Assembly: GCA_015232335.1 (NCBI GenBank)
Contig: JADFZV010000014.1
Span: 253-64,252 of the forward strand
Direction of reading: 5' to 3'
Source of the DNA: Alphaproteobacteria bacterium
Lineage (GTDB): Bacteria > Pseudomonadota > Alphaproteobacteria > Rhodospirillales > WMHbin7
Length of the DNA stretch: 64,000 nt
A program made the position numbers and the translations under genes. Below, piece after piece: positions 38,059 to 47,924 of this stretch (its first letter is position 1; each line of letters begins with the position of its first letter). The notes below the pieces were generated by a model. The model saw nothing but the letters and a program-made list of their open reading frames with translations, ran no database searches and was not told the origin of the DNA.

Positions 38059-38832
38059 TTATCTCGCTGTTGCCCTGCAGGGGAAGTCCAGCATCGTCGC
38101 GGCAGGTGTCGGAGTGTCTAGTGTAATGTCAAAGATTCGGCCAGAATCCTGGCACTCGGGGAGGCAAAGGTTCAGAAAGAATTCACTGACGCGTTCCGGT
38201 GATTTGACAGTAAGCGGATCTTCATCGGGGCATACGGCCGCCCGCATGCTGGTTCGCGTCGGGCCTGGGTTTAGTAGATTTATCCGAATGGGAGTGTCTG
38301 CGGTTTCATACGCGTAGGTTTTCGCCATTGCTTCCAACGCACATTTTGTCAGTGAGTAAGGGCCGAGCTTGGCTCGCCCTTGATTGCGCGTGACACCGCT
38401 CGTTACAAACACCAGTCGCGCCGCTTTGGCGCGCCGCAATAATGGGTCAAAGGTTTTGATCAGCCTGAAGTTAGCCGTAAGATTGATATCCAGCACCTTT
38501 TCCCAGTCCGCATCGTCAATATTGGATAACAGGGATATGGGGCCAAGCTCGCCCGCACTGGCGATTAGAATATCCAGACGTTGAAACTTTTTCTCGACAG
38601 CCTCGGACAATCGTGGAAAAAAACTGCTGTCCGTCAAATCGCCAACCGGCGTTAGTATTTTGCCGCCAAACGGGGAAAGCTCTTTGATCAGGTTCTTTGC
38701 GCATTCTTCGTCTCTGACGGGAAGAATCAACTCAGCGCCCTCTTCTGCAAATTTCTTTGCAACGGCATGGCCTATGCCACGCGAGGCCCCCGTTATCAAG
38801 GCAACCTGGTTCTTAAGGCGACAATTAGGCAC
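38059..38832 (-). CDS. Classical short-chain dehydrogenase/reductase (YciK-like)
   Basis: LITGASRGIG, LDILIASAG, NLTANF, FVTSG, YSLTK (YxxxK), INLLNPGPTRTSMRA. Confidence 0.9.
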   Translation of the reverse strand: MPNCRLKNQVALITGASRGIGHAVAKKFAEEGAELILPVRDEECAKNLIKELSPFGGKILTPVGDLTDSSFFPRLSEAVEKKFQRLDILIASAGELGPISLLSNIDDADWEKVLDINLTANFRLIKTFDPLLRRAKAARLVFVTSGVTRNQGRAKLGPYSLTKCALEAMAKTYAYETADTPIRINLLNPGPTRTSMRAAVCPDEDPLTVKSPERVSEFFLNLCLPECQDSGRIFDITLDTPTPAATMLDFPCRATAR

Positions 38833-38868
38833 GAAAGCCTCTCATTCGTATCTTTTGGAACGAAAAAC

Positions 38869-39882
38869 ATGAGGAAGGCAGCGAAGGTTTATATTCACTT
38901 TCCATATAGGCTAGGCCCCTATGGTGGGGCAAATCAATTTTTTAAGGCTCTGCGAGGGGCTTTGCGTAGGATTGACCGATTTGCAGAATCTCCAGAAGCT
39001 GCAGATGCGATATTGTTTAATAGTCATCATTCTATCGATCAGATTATCGACTTTCGTGCCAAAAATTCCAAAGCGATTTTCGTTCACCGCGTTGACGGAC
39101 CGATGCGGGTCTATAATGCCTCCTCTGACAAGCGTGACGGTATCGTAGCCTTGGCTAGCCGCCTGCTTGCTGATGCAACTGTCTTCCAGTCCGAATGGAG
39201 CCGGGCGGAAAATGAAAAGGCCGGTTGGGAGGGGCCGCCCTACGGGACATTGATTGGAAACGCGCCTGATCCGGAGATTTTCAATTCTTGCGGGCGTGTG
39301 GTGCCGCCCGGGTCTCTGGCAGAGAAGGTGCGCGTCATATCGAGCAGCTGGTCGCCAAACCCTCGCAAGGGCTTTGATGTCTACGCTTTTCTTGACCAGA
39401 CACTCGACTTGGATAGATTTGATTTCACGTTTGTTGGAAATTCCCCCTATCAATTCAAACGGATAAAGCATCTGCCGCCCTTGGAGAGCCATGCATTGGC
39501 TTCAGAGTTGAAGCAGAACGATATCTTTCTCGCTGCCACTTTGAATGATCCTTGCTCAAACTCGCTTCTTGAAGCCTTGGCTTGTGGTTTGCCGGTTATT
39601 GCAAGGAGAAGTGGGGGAAATCCTGAGTTGGTGCGCAAAGGCGGGCTGCTTTTTGATGAAAAAGAGGAGGTCATTGGACTTATGGGCGATCTCGCTGCCA
39701 ATTACCACGCATATGTTGAAGCCATATACTCGCCAAATATTGATGAGATTGCCTTCAAATATGCCGATTTTGTCGACTTTCTTGTTAATGAGCAGGACTG
39801 CGGGCGGCTGATTACGAAGAAGTTGAGAATGCTTGACTACTTCCTGACCCGGTGGCGGCTACGAAAATTAGAGCATGGCTAA
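38869..39882 (+). CDS. GT-B glycosyltransferase (GT4-like); paralog of 15989..16996
   Basis: GPYGGANQFF, HRVDGP, IGNAPD, SSWSPNPRKG, DPCSNSLLEALACGLPVIARRSGGNPELV. Confidence 0.82.
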   Translation: MRKAAKVYIHFPYRLGPYGGANQFFKALRGALRRIDRFAESPEAADAILFNSHHSIDQIIDFRAKNSKAIFVHRVDGPMRVYNASSDKRDGIVALASRLLADATVFQSEWSRAENEKAGWEGPPYGTLIGNAPDPEIFNSCGRVVPPGSLAEKVRVISSSWSPNPRKGFDVYAFLDQTLDLDRFDFTFVGNSPYQFKRIKHLPPLESHALASELKQNDIFLAATLNDPCSNSLLEALACGLPVIARRSGGNPELVRKGGLLFDEKEEVIGLMGDLAANYHAYVEAIYSPNIDEIAFKYADFVDFLVNEQDCGRLITKKLRMLDYFLTRWRLRKLEHG

Positions 39883-39970
39883 TTCGATCTTGCCCCTGTC
39901 CGATATTGATGTTCTCGGCATATTTAGTTATGAACAGGGCCGGATAAACTTATTTTTTGGCTGACCCCCA

Positions 39971-41200
39971 ATGAAATTAAAGAACTGCCGTCTTTGCGGA
40001 ACAGACCGATTAACCCAGTTTCTGGATTTGGGGTATGCACCACCTGCTGACGCATTCTTGACAGCAGAGCGACTTAGCGAGCCGGAGACCTATTACCCGC
40101 TGCGCGTCCTGCGGTGTGATGAGTGCCATTTCATTCAACTTGACTACGTCGTGCCCCCAGACGTGTTGTATACCGTCGACTACCCCTATGAATCTTCAAT
40201 GACGCGTGCCGGCAAGGCGCACTTTTCTCGTTTTGCGGGGTCCATTGTCAGCCGGTTTGGTGTGACAAAGGACGAACTGGCGGTCGATATTGGCAGCAAT
40301 GTCGGTGTACTGCTGGGCGGCTTCAAGGAACAGGGCCTGCGGATACAGGGCGTTGATCCAGCGGCCAACATCGCGAAGATTGCCAACGCCGGTGGCGTCC
40401 CGACCATTCCCCAGTTCTTTTCCGCCGATGTTGCCCGTCAGATTTTATACGATCAGGGTGCGGCCAGGATTATTACAGGAACGAATGTTTTTGCTCACAT
40501 ACATGATCTCACTTCCCTTATGCAGGCCGTGGATGGCCTGCTCGCACCGAATGGTGTCTTTGTTGTAGAAGCCCCGTATTTTGTGCACCTGCTTGAAGAG
40601 AATGAATTTGACACGATATATCATGAGCACTTGTCGTACATCTCTATTAGTCCCCTGATTCCCTTTTTTCGTAAATGTGGGTTTGAGCTGATAGGCGTTG
40701 AGCGCCACGGAATTCATGGCGGTTCAATCCGTCTGTTCGTCGGGCGGCTAGGCGCGATGCCGATCGAGCCATCAGTCGATGCCTTTGTTCGCGAAGAGAG
40801 TGCAAAGAGCATTTACAGTCTGGAGACGCTGGGTCGGTTTTCCGGACGCGTCGAGGCTAACCGCAGGGCCTTGCGTCACCTGCTCATATCCCTCAAGGAT
40901 CAAGGCAAGCGTATTGCCGGGGTCAGCGCACCCGCCAAGGGAATGACGTTGCTGAATTACTGCGGCTTTGGGCGAGAAATTTTAGATTTTGTCACGGAAA
41001 AATCCCACCTAAAAATCGGTCGCTACACGCCGGGCCGACACATTCCCGTGAAGCCTGATTCAGCCCTGATCGAGGAAGAAATTAATGTCGCCTTGCTGCT
41101 TGCGTGGAACTTCAAGGAAGAGATCATGGAAAACCTGAGTGAGTTCCGCAAGAGGGGCGGGCAGTTCATCGTTCCCGTGCCAACTCCAGAGCTTATCTAG
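39971..41200 (+). CDS. NDP-sugar C-methyltransferase (TylC3/NovU-type, zinc-binding N-terminus)
   Basis: CRLC...FLDLG..PPADAF...YPLRVLRCDEC, VDIGSNVG, NVFAHI, EFDTIYHEHLSY, HGGSIR, SAPAKGMTLLNYC, LLLAWNF. Confidence 0.9.
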   Translation: MKLKNCRLCGTDRLTQFLDLGYAPPADAFLTAERLSEPETYYPLRVLRCDECHFIQLDYVVPPDVLYTVDYPYESSMTRAGKAHFSRFAGSIVSRFGVTKDELAVDIGSNVGVLLGGFKEQGLRIQGVDPAANIAKIANAGGVPTIPQFFSADVARQILYDQGAARIITGTNVFAHIHDLTSLMQAVDGLLAPNGVFVVEAPYFVHLLEENEFDTIYHEHLSYISISPLIPFFRKCGFELIGVERHGIHGGSIRLFVGRLGAMPIEPSVDAFVREESAKSIYSLETLGRFSGRVEANRRALRHLLISLKDQGKRIAGVSAPAKGMTLLNYCGFGREILDFVTEKSHLKIGRYTPGRHIPVKPDSALIEEEINVALLLAWNFKEEIMENLSEFRKRGGQFIVPVPTPELI

Positions 41201-41242
41201 CAATTCTGTCCCTTCAAAACTGCCCAGAGATGGAGATCCGTT

Positions 41243-41629
41243 GTGTTGCTTACACATCCAGCGATAAATTTCGAAGATGACCGCGGAGCCATTAAGGACA
41301 TTATGTTCCGAGAGCCTGTTGATCACGTAACCGTAATTACTTCCAAGGCTGGGGTCGTTCGCGGAAATCACTTTCATAATGAGACTGTTCAGTGGGTCTA
41401 TCTTGCCAGCGGCAGCTTGAAATCGCTGACACGCAAGGACAATGGGGCTGTTGAGGTGACCGCGCTTAAGCCCGGGGACTTAATTCTAACAGAAGCGGGC
41501 GAACAACACGCTCTGGAGGCCCTGGAGGATTCTACCTTCTTCGTTTTCACGCGCGGCCCGAGGGGGGGGCAGGACTATGAATCCGACACCTTCCGGCTGG
41601 ATAAGCCGCTACGTGATCCGGCCTTGTGA
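41243..41629 (+). CDS. Cupin-fold sugar isomerase/epimerase (WxcM/FdtA-like)
   Basis: FEDDRGAI, GVVRGNHFHNETVQWVYL, EQHALEALED; contains a G8 tract at 41562-41569 (in frame). Confidence 0.72.
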   Translation: MLLTHPAINFEDDRGAIKDIMFREPVDHVTVITSKAGVVRGNHFHNETVQWVYLASGSLKSLTRKDNGAVEVTALKPGDLILTEAGEQHALEALEDSTFFVFTRGPRGGQDYESDTFRLDKPLRDPAL

Positions 41630-41637
41630 GGCAAAGA

Positions 41638-42768
41638 TCAAGCCCCCGACAGAGGTAGGTAGACCCTTTCCAAGTAGAGCCCAGCGATTTCAGCCCAGCC
41701 GAAGCGGCTGATGGTCATGGCTCCGTTCCTGGCCAGTTTCTCCGCCAGCCCTGGCGTCTCAAGTAACGTGCTGATTCTACTGGCCAGGGCATGACTGTTT
41801 TCTGATTCGGCGGTGAGGGCATTGTCCCCGTCGACTGTAATATCGGGAACCATGCCCACGCGCGTGGCTATCAAAGGAACTCCACAGGCGAAGGACTCAA
41901 GAAGCGCCGCAGGTGCACCATCCTCGCGTGACGTCATCAGATACATATCCAAAGCATGATAATAGCGTACGACCTCGCTGTAATCGCTCAGCATGGCGTG
42001 CGCATAAGGTATCCCCATTTTTTCCAGTCCCTGACGGACAAAACCTCGTGCCGGTCCTGTCAGCAGAACAAATACTGGATATTTGTCCTTGATGAGGTTC
42101 AGTGTATCGAGAAAAACGTCGGGCCCCTTAATCAGCTTAGGTTCCAAGCCCTCCTGCCAGCCATTGCCGTCTTTCTGGAACGAGCCTATGCAAATCCTGT
42201 CTTCGGGGATACCAAGCTCGCTCCTTAGGCTATTGCGATAAAGTGGCGACGGTGGCGGGCAGAATAGCTTCAAATCCACACCCAGGGGCACCCGAACGAG
42301 CTTGTCCCCTGGGACACCCCATTCGGCCAGTCGTCTTTCCATGATTCCACATCCGGTGACGACCATATCAATTGTCGCAAGGCCCGCGAGAAAGCGGTCG
42401 ATCGACCGGCTCAATCCTGCATCTGCAGAATCACGATCACCATGAAAGACCGTAACAACAATCTTGTTTTTTTCAATCGCAGCACTATTGCAGGAGGCAG
42501 CAAAATCGCCAATGGTTCCGAAGTGCAAGATTTGCCCTCGCAGGCGCGGCAGATCCTCTCTGGTAACCGTGGCAGCTTCCATACGCCCTGTTTCGCGAAT
42601 GCCTCTGGTCACGTAGCTTCCGACCGTATCTGCCGCCCAGTTTGCATTCGGAACAACATAGCACACCCCTTCACGGCGCCCGAACGGGCCACAGGGCCGC
42701 TTATCGAGCGCCGCCGCCGCTGCAACCACTTTTAAAATCAGTTTCTTTGCCTTAGCTTTCAAGATCAC
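41638..42768 (-). CDS. Glycosyltransferase family 4; paralog of 62496..63608
   Basis: RVPLGVD, IGSFQKDGNGWQEGLEPKLIKGPD, YLMTSREDGAPAALLESFACGVPLIATRVGM. Confidence 0.85.
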   Translation of the reverse strand: MILKAKAKKLILKVVAAAAALDKRPCGPFGRREGVCYVVPNANWAADTVGSYVTRGIRETGRMEAATVTREDLPRLRGQILHFGTIGDFAASCNSAAIEKNKIVVTVFHGDRDSADAGLSRSIDRFLAGLATIDMVVTGCGIMERRLAEWGVPGDKLVRVPLGVDLKLFCPPPSPLYRNSLRSELGIPEDRICIGSFQKDGNGWQEGLEPKLIKGPDVFLDTLNLIKDKYPVFVLLTGPARGFVRQGLEKMGIPYAHAMLSDYSEVVRYYHALDMYLMTSREDGAPAALLESFACGVPLIATRVGMVPDITVDGDNALTAESENSHALASRISTLLETPGLAEKLARNGAMTISRFGWAEIAGLYLERVYLPLSGA

Positions 42769-42951
42769 GCTCTTTCATTTTGCTTGCCTGCTTCTTAGCG
42801 ATATCCAAATTGGCCTTTTATCGGCCTTGCCTCGCTGCTGGCAACAAATCAAGCCCTTGCGGTATCGTTAAGTGTATTATATCTGCTTAGTTGCCTATCG
42901 GGTCAATTCTGCTTTTGCCAGCTTAACGTCCTTGGTCTTGGGAGTGGTTTT

Positions 42952-44430
42952 GTGAGAGTTCTATTTGTAGTCTCAAATCTCTTTTTCTCAGAGCCAATGG
43001 GCGTATTGCAACTTAGTGCAATTTGCAAGGGTCGCGGCCACATTGTTCGCCTGATGTCCCTGACGCAGCACCAGATTGGTCAAGTTCTCGACAGCTTTAA
43101 TCCAGACGTTGTTGGTTACAGCACGACATCCTCCGAGGAGTATCTCTTCCGCGAAGCAGATCAGGTTGTTCGAACATGGGCAAACTTGACCGGAAAAAGG
43201 ATTCTCAGGGTCATGGGTGGCCCGCATCCGACATTCTTTCCCGAGGTTCTCGATAGTTTAGAGCTTGATGCTATTTGCATTGGCGACGGCGACAAGGCAA
43301 TTTTGCGTCTCTTAGATGCCTTTGCCGCAGGAAATGACCTTACTGGCATTCCCAATATAGCCACCCCTTCCGCGCGCGTTCCGACAAAAGAAATTGTTTC
43401 CGAGTTGGATGATCTGCCTTTTCCAGACAGAGAGGTGTTTTACGAGGCCTCTCCAGACTTGATGAAGGTTGGCATCCGGGGTTTTATGACGATGCGGGGC
43501 TGCCCGCACAAATGTACCTATTGCTTCAATCACGCGTACAACAAGCTTTTCAAAGGCGACGGACGCAAGCTTCTCAGACGTAGAAGCGTGGATAACGTCC
43601 TGGCTGAGATAAAAATGGTGATCGCTGATTTTCCGCAAGTCAGGTTCGTTCGTTTTGTTGACGATGTTTTTGCCATTTTTGCAGATGACTGGCTGCGTGA
43701 ATTTGCCGACCGCTACCCAAGGGAAGTGGGCATTCCCTTCTACTGTCTGGTTCGTCCGAACAATATGAGCGAGGAGATTGCGCAGCTTCTGGCGAAGGCA
43801 GGATGTCTGCACGTTGGCATGGCGGTCGAAAGTGGTGTCGAGCAGATTCGCAACGACATTATGAAACGCAATATGAGCGATGCGGTCGTCAAAAGCGCTT
43901 TTGCCGTAGCACACCGCTATGGCATTCGCACATCAGGCAACACAATGATCGCGATTCCTGGAACCAAGGCTGAGGACGACTATAACTCCTACTTATTCAC
44001 GCGCTCGCTTGGCATGACCTTTCCAAGTTTTGGAATTTTTGTACCCTTTCCCCGCACAGAGATGACTGAGTACGCTGTCCAAATTGGGGTTCTCGACCCT
44101 GAGTTTGATTGCGGAAATTTGCGCCCCTCTCTTCCTTCTGCCCTCAACAATTACTCTGAAGATGACAAGCGGTTTCAACAGAATCTTGTCTTTTTGGGGC
44201 CAATTTTTTGCTTTTTGCCCGATTTCATGCTTCCAGTGTTGAAGATGCTGCTAAGATCACGGTTGACCCCTCTGTTCAAGCCGCTGGGAGGAGCCTTTGT
44301 TACGTGGCGGATGACAAAGGTTTTTCCAAACTCCTATCCTCGCGACCCGATTACCTTTCTGAAAAGCGTTTTTCGGGCTATGGGGCACTTCGTCGCACCG
44401 GAAACCAAACCCATCAATATCCGCAGGTGA
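42952..44430 (+). CDS. Cobalamin-dependent radical SAM protein
   Basis: EPMGVLQLSA, PDVVGYS, MGGPHPTFFPE, ICIGDGD, MRGCPHKCTYC, RFVDDVF, MAVESG, PFPRT. Confidence 0.88.
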   Translation: MRVLFVVSNLFFSEPMGVLQLSAICKGRGHIVRLMSLTQHQIGQVLDSFNPDVVGYSTTSSEEYLFREADQVVRTWANLTGKRILRVMGGPHPTFFPEVLDSLELDAICIGDGDKAILRLLDAFAAGNDLTGIPNIATPSARVPTKEIVSELDDLPFPDREVFYEASPDLMKVGIRGFMTMRGCPHKCTYCFNHAYNKLFKGDGRKLLRRRSVDNVLAEIKMVIADFPQVRFVRFVDDVFAIFADDWLREFADRYPREVGIPFYCLVRPNNMSEEIAQLLAKAGCLHVGMAVESGVEQIRNDIMKRNMSDAVVKSAFAVAHRYGIRTSGNTMIAIPGTKAEDDYNSYLFTRSLGMTFPSFGIFVPFPRTEMTEYAVQIGVLDPEFDCGNLRPSLPSALNNYSEDDKRFQQNLVFLGPIFCFLPDFMLPVLKMLLRSRLTPLFKPLGGAFVTWRMTKVFPNSYPRDPITFLKSVFRAMGHFVAPETKPINIRR

Positions 44431-44536
44431 GTTTGATGTGCCTCAGATTCCCGAAGTGTTTGACTTTCTTGAGTTGCACGACACGAAATTTATAACCGTT
44501 ATTTTTTAAGCCTTATGACGTGATGGACGATCCAGC

Positions 44537-46714
44537 ATGAGCATGAACCAAAGTGACTTGTTGAACTTATCCAACAGAGGAATCCAAAAGTTTGGCGAGA
44601 TATTTCAAAATCACTCATTTCTAATTATTTTCGTATTTTCATTGGTGGCGACGGTTGAGTATTTCGCCCTCGGCCAGTTTTCCTACCTGAACCCCGAGGC
44701 TGAGGGAGACAGCTCGATCCCCTCTCGAATTCTTCTCGGAATGGAGATGGCAAGGGGTCAGGTTGGCCAGTGGGAAAATCATTTTGCTGGGGGCATGGAT
44801 CGTCTTTCCGCGCTTTTTCAGATCAACCTGCTAGCCCCGCTCTTCGCCTTTTTTCCTGCCTGGTTGATCGTAGGTGGCGTTATCTTTGCTTCAACCTTGA
44901 TTGGCACCTGGTCGGTCTGTGCCATCCTTAGAACTTATCTTGCCATTGCCCCTTCTTTGGCGACAGTGGCTGGAGTTTTTTATGCCTTGGGTGTTCAGGA
45001 GGGGCTTCTATACTATTTCAATGCCTTTGAATTCTGCTTGATGCCCCTTTCCTTGTACGCGCTGCACAGGTTTCGGGAACGCCCCCTTGTCGCAGCAGTC
45101 TGTCAGTTTCTGATTGCCGCTTCGCTTGGGTGGGGATACAGCCTGCATGCCGTATATGTGCTGCTGCTTGTTGCCCCTTGGTCGTTGTTCGTTGTTGGCT
45201 GGTCTCGTCGCACAGCACTTTTTGTCGTCGCTGCCCACGTCGCAGGATGGATGTGTTATCTCGTGCCAATTTCTGCGCCCGTATTTTCTGCCGTAGCCAC
45301 CTCGGGGGTTACGGATGTTGCGGGCAACTTGCTGGAGATTCCCTTTATTGAGCTTATGAAGCAGCAGGTGACGAGTGGCATCTATTTTCTTTTTGTCATT
45401 CCCCCGATTCCATTCTTGATCCCTGCGCTATTGGCCCTATGGCTTGGCGGCCTGAGCCAGAAGCAGCGGATCGTCTTGCAGATTGGCTTTCTTCTTGCCG
45501 CACTGCTTTACTTTGCGCCCCTGATTTCATGGATTCAGCATGCCGTGGGGTTACCTCTCGATTCTCTTCGCTTGCGTCGCATGAGCAACGCAGTTGCCCT
45601 AGCCGCCCTATTGGCGGTTGCCGTGGGTGCCCAGGCGTTGGGGGAGCGTCTTGCCATTGTTTTGCATGATCGCAGGGAGCCCTTTTTCCGTCTTGGCTTT
45701 CGAGGCCTGACATTTTCGGTTTTGCTGCTCATCTGCCTTGCAGGCCTGATCAACAGCAAAGTCTTCCACCTTGAAAGATATCGCTACGGAGCGACCTACA
45801 GTGTTCTGTACGAGAATCCCCTAATTCGTTCCACTTTTGCCGCCATTGGCACCGCAGAGCCTTTCCGCGTTGCTTCTGTTGTGCCCAAACCGTTTCATAC
45901 CATGGCCGAGCCGGACCATGCCTGGGCTTACGGTCTTGAGACGTCGGATGGCTATTTCGCCTTTCACACAAGGGAATACGCCCAGTTCTGGGAAGCGATG
46001 TATCAATTTGCGCCACAGCCTCTTCCCGTTCCAGATGAGGTCAGGGGCTTCACGCAAGGTCGGCGTTTTTATGTGCAAAGCGTCTCGGAAAAGTGCGAGG
46101 CGTCTCTGCTGGGAGCCCATGTCAATCTTCGTTTCTTATCAGCATTGAATACCGCATATCTGATTTCTCCCTGCCCACTGTTGGACAAGGAGTTCACCCT
46201 TGTGGCCAGGACAGATCCGTCCTTGCGATTGAGGTGGGATGGCCTGGGAAGAGTTGAGAAGCTTAGAGCTTTTCTAGCAGCCGAGTATCCGGGAAAGGAT
46301 GTGTACATTTATCGCTTTGCAAGCGCAGTTCCCCGAATTTTCGTTGCAGAGAATGTTATTTCCTTTGAAAGCTCGGATGCACTCTTAAGGGACATTGCTT
46401 ATGGAACCGGTTCCAACAGGGTTGCGCGCCTGCTACCGGGCGGCATCGCCAAATCCCAGGACTGTCCTCAGGGGCTGGGATCGGCACGGCTTGTTCAGTA
46501 CAGTCCAGACGAAATACGCGTCGATGCAGAGCTTAGTGACTGCGGCCTACTGGTCATCGCCAACAACTACCATTCAGGCTGGATCGCTGAGGTTGATGGG
46601 CGCCCCGCAGACCTCTTGCGGGTTAACCTGCTTCACCAAGGCGTTTTCCTGCCGCCAGGGAAGCACCAGGTCAGGCTGCGGTATTTTTCGCCATTCATGC
46701 CTGCCTTGGGATAA
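44537..46714 (+). CDS. YfhO-like polytopic membrane protein (GT-C-related)
   Basis: About 12 hydrophobic segments in the N-terminal 400 aa; C-terminal SPDEIRVD..GLLVIANNYHSGWIAEVDG...VNLLHQGVFLPPGKHQVRLRY typical of YfhO. Confidence 0.68.
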   Translation: MSMNQSDLLNLSNRGIQKFGEIFQNHSFLIIFVFSLVATVEYFALGQFSYLNPEAEGDSSIPSRILLGMEMARGQVGQWENHFAGGMDRLSALFQINLLAPLFAFFPAWLIVGGVIFASTLIGTWSVCAILRTYLAIAPSLATVAGVFYALGVQEGLLYYFNAFEFCLMPLSLYALHRFRERPLVAAVCQFLIAASLGWGYSLHAVYVLLLVAPWSLFVVGWSRRTALFVVAAHVAGWMCYLVPISAPVFSAVATSGVTDVAGNLLEIPFIELMKQQVTSGIYFLFVIPPIPFLIPALLALWLGGLSQKQRIVLQIGFLLAALLYFAPLISWIQHAVGLPLDSLRLRRMSNAVALAALLAVAVGAQALGERLAIVLHDRREPFFRLGFRGLTFSVLLLICLAGLINSKVFHLERYRYGATYSVLYENPLIRSTFAAIGTAEPFRVASVVPKPFHTMAEPDHAWAYGLETSDGYFAFHTREYAQFWEAMYQFAPQPLPVPDEVRGFTQGRRFYVQSVSEKCEASLLGAHVNLRFLSALNTAYLISPCPLLDKEFTLVARTDPSLRLRWDGLGRVEKLRAFLAAEYPGKDVYIYRFASAVPRIFVAENVISFESSDALLRDIAYGTGSNRVARLLPGGIAKSQDCPQGLGSARLVQYSPDEIRVDAELSDCGLLVIANNYHSGWIAEVDGRPADLLRVNLLHQGVFLPPGKHQVRLRYFSPFMPALG

Positions 46715-46720
46715 CGCGCC

Positions 46721-47845
46721 ATGGTCAACTGGATATCGCAGGCAAAGCCGCTTGATCTGCTGCGCCGGGGCATGAGCAGAAGGCCTTGGTATGTCGTTCT
46801 ATATGTTACGTCGCATTGCAACCAGCGCTGCAATATGTGCTTTAACTGGAAGAATTTAAACACACTGAAGCGCAGTGAAGAGTGGAGCCTGGACGAAATC
46901 CGCCTTCTGGCCGAGCAACTGCCGGATCTCTATCAGCTGACGCTGACGGGCGGAGAACCAACCCTGCGTCAGGATTTGGGCGAGATTATTGAGATTTTTT
47001 TCAATGTCGCGGGAGTTAGCAGAATCACCGTCGCAACGAATGGGTCATACCCGGATCGTGTGGACAGGTTGATCCGACAGGTGACGAATTCGTGTCCTGG
47101 GCTGACGCTTTCGATAAATCTATCCATCGATGGAATCGGCCAGGCTCACGATCAGATTCGTGGCATGCCCGGCAGTTTCGACCGCTTGGTGGAAACTTGG
47201 CATATTGCAAACCAGCACAGCAAGAAATCTTCCCAGGTGAACGTCGCAACCGCTTCGGTTCTCACGGCAGGCAATCTCGCTCAGATGAAGGATTTGTTGA
47301 ACTGGGTTGCAGCAAACATGGACATTGGCAGCCACGGCGTGATGCTAGCCCGGGGAGATGTGGCCACACAGGCCGGGGCCGCAGCCTCGGAGGATGATTT
47401 TATTGGCATATTACGCTATCACAGTGCCCTCGCCCGCTCGGCGGGGCGATTAAACCAGGTTTTGGCAGATGAATATTTCAGATGTCGCGTCAAGACGATC
47501 AAAAGCAGAAAAATGGCAAATCCCTGCCGATCTGGCGACAAGTTGATAATTATTGATGAGAAGGCAAATGTACACCCCTGCGAAATCTTAAATGTTCTTG
47601 CGGCTGCAGGTAAAACAGGGGATAGCGATCTGGGGGATTTTTCCTTCGGGAATTTGAGAACATCTAATTTCAATCTTGGCTCTCTGCTGGAATCGCCAAG
47701 AGCCAAGGAGATTCGCCGCTTCATTCAGGAGGAGCGCTGCTGGTGTACGTTTGAATGCGCTCAAATCAACAACTTAGTGCTTGATCCTCTCAGCTACTTG
47801 CGGTTATTCGGTCGTGTGATAGGCGTTGGGGAAAGGGTGTGCTAA
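46721..47845 (+). CDS. Radical SAM protein with Twitch/SPASM-type C-terminal Cys cluster
   Basis: VTSHCNQRCNMC, TLTGGEPTLR, VATNG, SIDG...HDQIRG; C-terminal CRSG...IDEKANVHPCE...CWCTFEC. Confidence 0.85.
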   Translation: MVNWISQAKPLDLLRRGMSRRPWYVVLYVTSHCNQRCNMCFNWKNLNTLKRSEEWSLDEIRLLAEQLPDLYQLTLTGGEPTLRQDLGEIIEIFFNVAGVSRITVATNGSYPDRVDRLIRQVTNSCPGLTLSINLSIDGIGQAHDQIRGMPGSFDRLVETWHIANQHSKKSSQVNVATASVLTAGNLAQMKDLLNWVAANMDIGSHGVMLARGDVATQAGAAASEDDFIGILRYHSALARSAGRLNQVLADEYFRCRVKTIKSRKMANPCRSGDKLIIIDEKANVHPCEILNVLAAAGKTGDSDLGDFSFGNLRTSNFNLGSLLESPRAKEIRRFIQEERCWCTFECAQINNLVLDPLSYLRLFGRVIGVGERVC

Positions 47846-47924
47846 TGGTCTTGCTCCTTACAAGGCAATCTGCGCCTTTGGGCGCCTTTTTGGCGTCTGC
47901 AAAGTCCAAGAACGGGGAAGGTTC

